This document shows positions 37,653 through 45,139 of a stretch of DNA of 51,466 nucleotides, piece after piece. Made by a program: the position numbers and the translations under genes. Below the pieces are notes generated by a model. It saw nothing but the letters and a program-made list of their open reading frames with translations, did no database searches and had not been told where the DNA came from. Source of the DNA: a virus (Duplodnaviria > Caudoviricetes); the IMG/VR virus record IMGVR_UViG_3300033998_000199, positions 1-51,466 of that record. One strand, given 5' to 3'. Each line of letters starts with the position of its first letter. Positions within the stretch are counted from its first letter, which is position 1.

Positions 37653-37687
37653 CTCTAACACCCCTCTTTGTTGGTCTCGCACTGCTT

Positions 37688-37717
37688 ATTATACTGCGGC
37701 GTTGTCCGGTGTGTCAA
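37688..37717 (-). promoter_or_regulatory. sigmaA promoter for the HTH/primase operon
   Basis: TTGACA-18 bp-TATAAT. Confidence 0.8.
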
Positions 37718-37739
37718 TGCTGTTTTATGACGTTGTGTG

Positions 37740-37768
37740 TTGACTTTAGGTGTTAGATCAGTTATAAT
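37740..37768 (+). promoter_or_regulatory. sigmaA promoter for the structured RNA array
   Basis: TTGACT-17 bp-TATAAT. Confidence 0.82.
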
Positions 37769-37900
37769 TGTCTCGGTGATACTCCCCACCGTCGCCCGGA
37801 CGGGCCGGTCAACGACGGTGGTGTGGAATGCTTGGGCTATGGGGGCTGTGGCGGCACACGTGCCGTAAGCCATGCGTGGCGACGACAGCATCCCATAGCA

Positions 37901-38024
37901 GCTATGGGGTGGCGGAATAGGTAGACGCGGTATGCTTGCGGCAGGATACGGTTTAAGACCGCAATAAAAGCGGGGCAACGTGAAAAAGCCTGCCATGCGA
38001 GGTGCAAATCCTCGCCCCCATAGC
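37901..38024 (+). ncRNA. tRNA-like RNA with expanded anticodon domain
   Basis: 9 bp closing stem; Leu-type D arm TGGCGGAATAGGTAGACGC; T arm CGAGG-TGCAAAT-CCTCG. Confidence 0.65.
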
Positions 38025-38484
38025 GAACGGCCACGACCCCGGCGGTGGTGCGTCGATCCGAGCCAGCCTCGCCTGGCGAGACGAATAGCTGGCGAAAGAC
38101 GCCTGAGCGTGGCCCGGTACATACTTGCCCCGCTCGCAAGAGGAGACTGAAACGCCGAATGGCGCGTAGGTCGAAAGATGCACGGCGGGGTGGGTGTTGT
38201 CCTCCGCCCGCGAAAGCTGGCTCCATGCCATGATTGCCTAACGGCGACTAGCGGCGGACGGGCAGATACCTTACAGCAGCGGTTGGATGCCCATAGCGTC
38301 CGTTGGCCGCAAGGCCCCGCTGCTCCTCTCTGTACTGCTGAGGCTGTGGTGTGGTGAGGGCAGGTACACCCGTTGCGGTGATGGCCTGCGTGTAGGCAGT
38401 ACAAATGGGCGGTTAATCCGCAACGCTGACCGTTTTGGTTGGATAGGCCCTAGTGGGCTGAGGGTTCACCGCCCGTACATACTC

Positions 38485-38560
38485 GGTGGGCGTGATGTAA
38501 CGGTAGCACACTAGGGGGCATACCCCTGGTAGATGCGGGTTCAATTCCCGCCGCCTGCCA
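38485..38560 (+). tRNA. Atypical tRNA / pseudo-tRNA, CAT at the centre of the anticodon loop
   Basis: GTGGGCG/CGCCTGC acceptor; T arm GCGGG-TTCAATT-CCCGC; over-long anticodon arm CTAGGGG-GCATA-CCCCTGG. Confidence 0.55.
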
Positions 38561-38596
38561 CAATACAAAAGGATTAGTTACTGGAGGTTTTGCACC

Positions 38597-38935
38597 TTGA
38601 CACCTAACGAATATCAGCAGCTAGCAGCACGAACTGCTCCAAAGGATTGCATGGCGGAGCGTCTTAAGAACTACGCCTTGGGGCTTGTTGGTGAAACCGG
38701 CGAGCTCGTTGACTTGCTTAAGAAGACACTTTACCACGACCACCCTGCTGATAAGGCCAAGATACGCGAGGAAGCAGGGGATGTGTTGTGGTACTTAGCG
38801 GGGATTCTACGTGAGTTTGACATTGATTTAGAAGGTACAATGGTGTTCAACATTGAGAAGCTGAAGAAGCGCTACCCGGACGGCTTCGATGCGGAGCGTA
38901 GCCGTAACCGCGAAGCCCTGGACGATGGGTGGTGA
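38597..38935 (+). CDS. MazG-like NTP pyrophosphohydrolase
   Basis: LGLVGETGELVD..KK..EEAGDVLWYL..NIEKL..RYP. Confidence 0.9.
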   Translation: MTPNEYQQLAARTAPKDCMAERLKNYALGLVGETGELVDLLKKTLYHDHPADKAKIREEAGDVLWYLAGILREFDIDLEGTMVFNIEKLKKRYPDGFDAERSRNREALDDGW

Positions 38936-39474
38936 TGCTTGTGGAGGCCGTTCTTGTTGAAACTCAACAGGAGGATACCATAGACAAGCAGGTTAAACGC
39001 GAGAACAAGGAAGTGGCGGGTTGGCTTCTGTTCTATGAGGAGCGGAAGCAGGCTTACCATAGGATGCGCCAGGACATACTTGCTTCTGGTTTGACCGGCT
39101 TCATCGTGGTAACTGGTGGTGAGCAAGGTGCTTCTGACCCTACAGGCAGGAAGGTGGCTCTCTTGGGCCGCTTGGAACGGATGGAAAAGTGGCTTGTGCT
39201 TGTTGAGGAGATCGAGCGTCGTTTGCCTTGGAAGATGCAGATTTTTCTTCGCTTGCGGCGCGAGTACCGTTACCGGCGCGGTAGGTTAGGGTGGGTTGCA
39301 CCCGTCCAGCACAAGTACGCCGAAGCAGTTGCCAAGAACGAAGGAAAGCCTGTGGAGGACGTGTGGGTGGAGGACAGGACTACGTTCTACCGTTGGTGGG
39401 AGCGGATCGTTGAGTACACGGCCCGCGAAGCGGCCAAGAGGGGGCTTTTGAGTGAGCAAAGTGGTGAATCTTGA
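38929..39474 (+). CDS. Putative late-gene transcriptional regulator (ArpU/RinA-like position)
   Basis: SDPTGRK motif, helical C-terminus, position upstream of the packaging genes. Confidence 0.5.
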   Translation: MVMLVEAVLVETQQEDTIDKQVKRENKEVAGWLLFYEERKQAYHRMRQDILASGLTGFIVVTGGEQGASDPTGRKVALLGRLERMEKWLVLVEEIERRLPWKMQIFLRLRREYRYRRGRLGWVAPVQHKYAEAVAKNEGKPVEDVWVEDRTTFYRWWERIVEYTAREAAKRGLLSEQSGES

Positions 39475-39661
39475 TGAGTTTATTGATATACTAAACAGAA
39501 TTTACCAGCTTCATATTGAAGGAAAATTGGAAGGCGCACTTATCGCGGTTAAGCGTAGGGACGGCGGGATTGAATACGGTTGGTCTACGAAGGTTTCTAA
39601 TTTAGAATGGATCGGTATTTTGGAATCGCTGAAACTTGAGCTTCTTGCCAAGTTGGATTAG
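39452..39661 (+). CDS. Hypothetical protein
   Basis: MSKVVNL N-terminus; operon context. Confidence 0.55.
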   Translation: MSKVVNLDEFIDILNRIYQLHIEGKLEGALIAVKRRDGGIEYGWSTKVSNLEWIGILESLKLELLAKLD

Positions 39662-39735
39662 TTGTTGGCAACCACAAACGATAAAAGTTACTTTATACTG
39701 TAAAATGTAAGCGCCGGTGTGAGGGCGTGAGCGGG

Positions 39736-39864
39736 ATGAACAAGCGAAATTGCAAAGTGCCGTACCAACCGACTAGAGAAGAAATACTGGAGTGTATGCG
39801 GCACGACGCTTACCGCCGGATTAGACGCAGGGTGAGGCAGGTAAGATGGGAAGGAAGAGAGTAA
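39736..39864 (+). CDS. Small basic 42 aa protein (not in ORF track)
   Basis: MRHDAYRR..RVRQV; overlaps the start of the next gene. Confidence 0.4.
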   Translation: MNKRNCKVPYQPTREEILECMRHDAYRRIRRRVRQVRWEGRE

Positions 39865-40502
39865 ATATTACCAGCCTTCCGCTGGATAGGCTTTTTTACC
39901 GCGTGGATGAGTCTATGTGCAAGCTACTGCACATACAGTTGCGTGGCGGTGAAGATGTCCGTTATTACGTGGAGTGGGGCGGTTGGTACGTGTGGTATAG
40001 ACGCATACTCAATTGGGCCGACGAAAGGGGAATCTTGCCGGAGCTTTTGGTTGATGAAGAGTATTACTACAGCAAAAGCGGGATGGCCCCTTACAGGGCG
40101 GCCTTTGCTATTGGTAGGAAATGGGCTACTATAGACGAGTTTTACGAACACCTCATAAAAGACCACGCCTTTGCTCCAGGTAAAGTAACCATGTATGACC
40201 TTCTTCGTGGGCGTCTCTATCACATTAGGGACGCCCGTCTTTGGGTGGTACTGAAGCTGTGTCGTATGGCAGAAATACCTATGGCCTATTTGTTCACTCC
40301 CTACAGGCGTTTGGGGGCCAATACGCCTTTTGGGATGCTGACTTATCTAGTTTCGGCTCTCAGCGATGTGGATGTAGCAACGCTGGTCGGTTTCGCTAAG
40401 CTCCTCCTTGGAGGGGAGGTCAAGGAGCAGGATGTCCAGCGGCTCTTAGCTTGGAGGAATGAACAGAATGACCGAAAAGCCAGCCAAAGTAATGCCGGAT
40501 AG
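39846..40502 (+). CDS. Hypothetical protein with possible HTH
   Basis: 218 aa ORF; C-terminal TMYDLLRG..LKLCRMAEIPMAYLF resembles an XRE HTH. Confidence 0.55.
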   Translation: MGRKRVNITSLPLDRLFYRVDESMCKLLHIQLRGGEDVRYYVEWGGWYVWYRRILNWADERGILPELLVDEEYYYSKSGMAPYRAAFAIGRKWATIDEFYEHLIKDHAFAPGKVTMYDLLRGRLYHIRDARLWVVLKLCRMAEIPMAYLFTPYRRLGANTPFGMLTYLVSALSDVDVATLVGFAKLLLGGEVKEQDVQRLLAWRNEQNDRKASQSNAG

Positions 40503-40857
40503 CCCGGATGTTGTTGAGTTTGTAAATAAGTTGTTCCAAGACAGTGTCGTGAACGGTGTCAGCGTTCGCGACTGTTTTATTTCTGCGGTGACTGCGGAGG
40601 AATTCTTGCGGTTGTACCACGACCGCTTGGCCGTTCAGGCGTCTCTTCATCTTCCGGCCGTGATTGATACTATGGGCAAACTGGCTGCTCAAGGGGACAC
40701 CGATGCGGCAAAGATTCTTCTTGACATTGCTGGGATTTCCGGCAAAGGAGCTAAAAGTGTTCAGAATAACGCTATTCAAGTTAACATAACTCCACAGGAG
40801 CAGGCTGTGCTAGAGAGGGATTTCCGCGATGTCATTGACATTACCGACCAAGACTGA
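40459..40857 (+). CDS. Putative terminase small subunit
   Basis: AAQGDTDAAKILL motif; overlaps the start of the terminase large subunit. Confidence 0.6.
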   Translation: MNRMTEKPAKVMPDSPDVVEFVNKLFQDSVVNGVSVRDCFISAVTAEEFLRLYHDRLAVQASLHLPAVIDTMGKLAAQGDTDAAKILLDIAGISGKGAKSVQNNAIQVNITPQEQAVLERDFRDVIDITDQD

Positions 40858-42580
40858 TATATATGTTGCGGCGACCAAGCGTGCGCTTAGTGACTTTGAG
40901 TATTTCGCACGCCGGTGTATGTATATCCGCAACAAAATGGGCGAGGTGGTGCCTCTTGAGCTAAACAATGTGCAAAAGGCCCTGCTAAAAGAGATTCAGG
41001 CTCAAGAACAGGCGGGAAAACCTGTTCGCATCATTGTTCTTAAGGCCCGCCAGATGGGAATTTCCACGGTTATTCAGGCTTACATCCTCTGGCGGATGCT
41101 TAGAGACGACAACGTCAACGCTGTGGAGTTGGCCCATGAGAAAGAAGCGGCCAGAAGTATCCTGGACATTAACCGGTTTGCCATTAAGCACCTTCCCGGT
41201 TGGTTTAGGGTGGTAAAACAGGTCAAGGAAGAGTATTTTACTAAGTACGAAATCAGCTTTGCAACCAACGGTTCATCGCTGACAGTGACTTCGTCCGAAG
41301 GTAAGGAGCCTGGGCGTTCTAGGACAATTCACCTGGCGCATTTGTCAGAGGCCGCTTTCTACGAAAATGCTGAAGGCGTGACTAGGGCGCTTTTCGCAGC
41401 CATACCGAAAACGCCGAACACGGCCATTTTTATTGAGTCCACGGGGAATGGCCCTGAGGGTTTCTTCTACAACTTGTTTACCAAGACGTGGAACGCACAG
41501 CAACGCGGCAAGCCGACAGCTTACCGTGCTATTTTTTACCCTTGGTACATGCATGAAGAGTACCGGATGCCCGTTCCCGATGGCGAAGAGGTCTATTGTC
41601 CGCCTGAACTGGAGCACTTGAACTTGTCGAAGGAACAACTCTACTGGCGGCAGTGGGTGATCGAGAACGAGTTTGATGGTGATGAGGACGCCTTCCGGCT
41701 TGAATACCCCACCACCATAGAAGAAGCCTTTTTACGCAAAGACGCTAACCTCTTCAGGCCGGAAGCTATTATGCGGCGACTTAAGGAAATTGAGAATGTC
41801 ACTTACACCGACGGGTACTTGGTGCGGGTTACTGCCGATGCGCCTGTGCAGTTTGTTGAACAGCCTGGCGAACGTCTCAAGGTGTTTAAGCCGCCAGAAC
41901 CCGGCAAGGTTTATGTGATAGGTGCCGATACCGGCTCCGGTGTGGTTATAAACCGGGTTGGCGATTTTTCTAGTGCCGACGTTCTCGATGTTGTTACTGG
42001 AGAGCAAGTGGCTCATTTGCACATGCTGGCGGAGCCTACTTCGTATGCACAGGACTTGTTCCTGCTTGGTAAGTGGTACAACGACGCTCTTATTGCCGTC
42101 GAAGCTGACGGGCATGGTTTATCGGCGCTCAACTGGCTTCGTGACAATGGCTATTACGCTTTGTACCAGCGCAAGGTGTTTGACAAAATCAGCAACCAGT
42201 GGGTAGGAAAGCTCGGTTGGGCTACTACACCCAAGACCAAGAAGTTTATCATAGACAACCTGCGGGCCGATTTTTACAACGGCTCTGTGGTCATTAATAA
42301 CAAAGAGACTCTACAGGAAATGAGCACTTTTGTGCGCCTGTCGGATAAGAACGATAAGATCGGCGCGGTGAGCGGAGCCAAGGACGACCGGGTGATGAGC
42401 TTGGCAATAGCTGCCCAGGTGCGCCGGGAGTATTCCGGTTATGTGGCGAACAATGTTGAGCAGCAACAAGCGGCTCCTGTTCCGGTGCAGGAAGATGCTC
42501 AGCAAGTACCTCTTGCGGCTATGATAAGAAAGATGCGCGAAAGGCGTCTTGAACATCCTGATCTTGGGAGGTATGCGTAG
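40829..42580 (+). CDS. terL: Terminase large subunit
   Basis: LKARQMGIST, HLSEAAF, ESTGNG, IGAD, KDDRVMSLAIA. Confidence 0.95.
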   Translation: MSLTLPTKTDIYVAATKRALSDFEYFARRCMYIRNKMGEVVPLELNNVQKALLKEIQAQEQAGKPVRIIVLKARQMGISTVIQAYILWRMLRDDNVNAVELAHEKEAARSILDINRFAIKHLPGWFRVVKQVKEEYFTKYEISFATNGSSLTVTSSEGKEPGRSRTIHLAHLSEAAFYENAEGVTRALFAAIPKTPNTAIFIESTGNGPEGFFYNLFTKTWNAQQRGKPTAYRAIFYPWYMHEEYRMPVPDGEEVYCPPELEHLNLSKEQLYWRQWVIENEFDGDEDAFRLEYPTTIEEAFLRKDANLFRPEAIMRRLKEIENVTYTDGYLVRVTADAPVQFVEQPGERLKVFKPPEPGKVYVIGADTGSGVVINRVGDFSSADVLDVVTGEQVAHLHMLAEPTSYAQDLFLLGKWYNDALIAVEADGHGLSALNWLRDNGYYALYQRKVFDKISNQWVGKLGWATTPKTKKFIIDNLRADFYNGSVVINNKETLQEMSTFVRLSDKNDKIGAVSGAKDDRVMSLAIAAQVRREYSGYVANNVEQQQAAPVPVQEDAQQVPLAAMIRKMRERRLEHPDLGRYA

Positions 42581-43158
42581 TGTCTGCGGTTACGTTGCTG
42601 AATAGTGTTGCGGCTAACGGTCCCGGTGCTTCATTGGACTGCCGTAATGGTAAAACGGCGGTCTTTTTGGTTTCCGGTACTTTTGACGCAGCGGTTAAGT
42701 TCGAGGCTAGTTTGGATGGAACTAATTGGTTCCCCTTCATTGGGTGTCTGAACGGCGATTTATCATCTTCGGTAACGTACAGTCCTTCCTACGTGGTGTT
42801 TGACGTGGAGGGCGTGGCGTATATCAGGCCGAATGTGCAGAACTACCAAAGTGGTTCTGTGACTGCCGTTGGCTACGTTGAGGCCCGGAGACCGGGAAGC
42901 TACTCCTACAGGCACTTCGGTGCAACTACTACCGGGACGCTTGTGAAGAGCGGTGCTGGTATACTCCATGCTGTAAGCATTGGTGACGCCGGAAGTGGCA
43001 TGGTGGTTACTCTGTATGATGGAGTTGACGCTACCGGAACGGTTATTGGAGTGTATAAGGCTGCTGGTGGCTACCTGTTGGATGTGGAGTTCACCACTGG
43101 CCTTTATGCGGTTATTTCCGCGACTACGATGGGCGATGTGACTATTGCTTATATGTAA
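42580..43158 (+). CDS. Putative virion beta-sandwich protein
   Basis: SGTFDAAVKFEASLDGTNW and VKSGAGILHAV motifs. Confidence 0.55.
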   Translation: MSAVTLLNSVAANGPGASLDCRNGKTAVFLVSGTFDAAVKFEASLDGTNWFPFIGCLNGDLSSSVTYSPSYVVFDVEGVAYIRPNVQNYQSGSVTAVGYVEARRPGSYSYRHFGATTTGTLVKSGAGILHAVSIGDAGSGMVVTLYDGVDATGTVIGVYKAAGGYLLDVEFTTGLYAVISATTMGDVTIAYM

Positions 43159-43169
43159 GGTGGTGGGCT

Positions 43170-43400
43170 ATGCCGTTAAAAACTGGTTATTCGCAGTCTT
43201 CGATTAGCAAAAATATCGAAGAGATGTTGCGTAAGTACAAAGAGACCGGAAAGATTGGCAACACACGACCAGCAAACATGGAAGAGGCACGCCGAATCGC
43301 GGCTGCGGCAGCCTATGCCAAGGCTCGCGAGGCGGCTAAGAAAGTGAAAGACCCGAAACGGCGTGCTGCCTTGTTGAGGAAATTGGGGAGGAAAGAGTAA
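43170..43400 (+). CDS. Small basic phage protein
   Basis: MPLKTGYSQSSISKNIEE N-terminus. Confidence 0.6.
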   Translation: MPLKTGYSQSSISKNIEEMLRKYKETGKIGNTRPANMEEARRIAAAAAYAKAREAAKKVKDPKRRAALLRKLGRKE

Positions 43401-43655
43401 ATGGCTAGGTTGGTAGAAGGTGTTTACGCATCCTGCGTGGTTTGTCGTGCTTGGACTACTACAGGTGTCGAGATGGGGCCTTTCGATGTGGTGTGCCTTA
43501 GATGCGCTGAAGAAATAGCTAATGCCTTGCCAAAGCCGGTTCAGGAGCCTGAAACAACCGTGTACACGTGCCATGAGTGCGGAGAGACGTTTACGAACAA
43601 AGGCAAGTTTATGGCGCATTGCAGGGCGCACAAGCGGGAGGCGGAAGGCGAATGA
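43401..43655 (+). CDS. Zn-finger protein (C4 plus C2H2)
   Basis: CVVC..CLRC; CHECGETF..AHCRAH. Confidence 0.65.
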   Translation: MARLVEGVYASCVVCRAWTTTGVEMGPFDVVCLRCAEEIANALPKPVQEPETTVYTCHECGETFTNKGKFMAHCRAHKREAEGE

Positions 43656-43891
43656 ATCTTGAGATTGCGCTTGTAGCTCTCGTTGCGTTTTTATGCTATC
43701 GCGAGTGGTATCACTCCAGGGAGTTGGCTAAGCTCGAAGACCGTTACTTCGGGGAGCGCCAGCGTTTGTTGGATCGGCTCATGGCACGGGACTTTACGCA
43801 GTACAAACAGGCGGAAGTCTTGGAAAAGTTTCCTCTCAAGGCTCCTGAACCTGAAGAGGAGGATTACGACTACAACGCAGTTGGTTACTGA
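43652..43891 (+). CDS. Small membrane-anchored protein
   Basis: ATGA overlap; N-terminal hydrophobic helix; LLDRLMARDF. Confidence 0.6.
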   Translation: MNLEIALVALVAFLCYREWYHSRELAKLEDRYFGERQRLLDRLMARDFTQYKQAEVLEKFPLKAPEPEEEDYDYNAVGY

Positions 43892-43907
43892 AGCGAGGTG
43901 ATTCACG

Positions 43908-45137
43908 ATGGCCTACTGGGACGATCCTGGCTACCAGCAGTTTATGCGGGAGACTTACGGGGGAAATTGGTACACGTCTAGTTCATCCAAGTCTACTTCA
44001 ACGCCTTCGTCTTCAAGTACAAGCAAAAAATCCTCGTCTTCGAGTACAAGCAAAAAATCCTCGTCTTCTTCTACAGCGACTAAGACTCCTTCTGAACGTG
44101 AGCTTAAGAACCTTACAGAAGCCTTGGCTCAGGCCAAGCGCACATACGAGGCGGCCAAAGCTCGTGGCGATACAGCTACTATGGAAACGGCTAGGCGTGT
44201 AGCGGACGTACTGCGGAGCCAAGGAGCAAGCGAGACCGAAGCTAACAAGATGGTTTACGGTCGTGAAAGCGGTTGGTATCCTGGTTGGGATTCCGGCTCA
44301 ATGGCTACAGCGCCCAAGAGTTCAGCAACGGCAACCGCAACGCCTAAACCGACGGCAGCTGCACGGACTCCGACAGGTAGGACGTATGACAAATACGTTC
44401 GGGCTTATGGTGTAGAAGGTTATGCTGCTCAAATTAGGGATAAACTCACTAAAGGCCAGCCTCTCGACGATCCGGCAGCGGCTGCTGAATTTATGCGAGA
44501 TCATCCGGAGTTTGATTTTGGTCTGTATGGGGGAGTTAGTCCTTCCGTAAGTTCAAGTGTTCCGATTGCTGCTAACGCCCCTTCAAGCCAATTGCAGCAA
44601 CAGGGGCAAGATGTTTTGAACAGTATAGTCGAGCAAGCTCAGCGAACGATAGACGCGGTGACACAGCAAAACCAAGCACTTCAGCAGACGGTTAGTGACT
44701 TGCTGAACCAGCTGGCTCAGGTGCGGCAGGGGGTGCAGACTCCTTCTATGCCTGTTAGCATTACGCAACCACCACAGGTGGAAGTTCCTGCAGGTACGGA
44801 GCCACAAGCACCTGGTGGGCAGGAAGGGCTGCAACAAGACTTACTACAGAAAGGGCCTAGTGGCTTTACGGTTAGGGCAGAGCAGCCTACAACGCTTACG
44901 GCCCCCAGCGTGGACGAGCTTTATAACATCTACAAGCAGGTTGTTGGCGGGGAGGAAAATCCTGCTATCAGGGAGTACCTAGCCTCACCGCAGTTCCAGA
45001 GCGTCCTCGGTGGGAATATCCCCATGTGGATGAGTGCTGACCCGATCTGGCGGCTTTATTTGATGCGGCTTGGTTTGCTTGGTAGTAATACGAACGAGGC
45101 GAGGATAAATGCCCTTCGCGCTAAGGCAGGTAGTTGA
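43908..45137 (+). CDS. Low-complexity S/T/Q-rich protein, possible virion/ejection protein
   Basis: GAGGTG RBS; Ser tracts and Q-rich coiled coil. Confidence 0.6.
   Translation: MAYWDDPGYQQFMRETYGGNWYTSSSSKSTSTPSSSSTSKKSSSSSTSKKSSSSSTATKTPSERELKNLTEALAQAKRTYEAAKARGDTATMETARRVADVLRSQGASETEANKMVYGRESGWYPGWDSGSMATAPKSSATATATPKPTAAARTPTGRTYDKYVRAYGVEGYAAQIRDKLTKGQPLDDPAAAAEFMRDHPEFDFGLYGGVSPSVSSSVPIAANAPSSQLQQQGQDVLNSIVEQAQRTIDAVTQQNQALQQTVSDLLNQLAQVRQGVQTPSMPVSITQPPQVEVPAGTEPQAPGGQEGLQQDLLQKGPSGFTVRAEQPTTLTAPSVDELYNIYKQVVGGEENPAIREYLASPQFQSVLGGNIPMWMSADPIWRLYLMRLGLLGSNTNEARINALRAKAGS
44016..44068 (+). repeat. 27 bp in-frame tandem duplication
   Basis: AGTACAAGCAAAAAATCCTCGTCTTC at 44016 and 44043. 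Confidence 0.9.
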
Positions 45138-45139
45138 TT

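Larger units (their letters stand above)
37786..38560 (+). ncRNA. Array of about 10 structured RNA modules
   Basis: Consecutive self-closing stems with internal hairpins, GNRA loops and G-U pairs on the + strand; no credible CDS. Confidence 0.7.

Noticed and set aside
38049-38103. Hammerhead-like GA-stem-GAAA pattern
   Set aside because: The CUGAnGA core and stem I are missing
37655-38514. ORFs of 62-249 aa over the RNA array
   Set aside because: No RBS, no protein-like motifs, mutually overlapping; explained by GC-rich palindromic sequence
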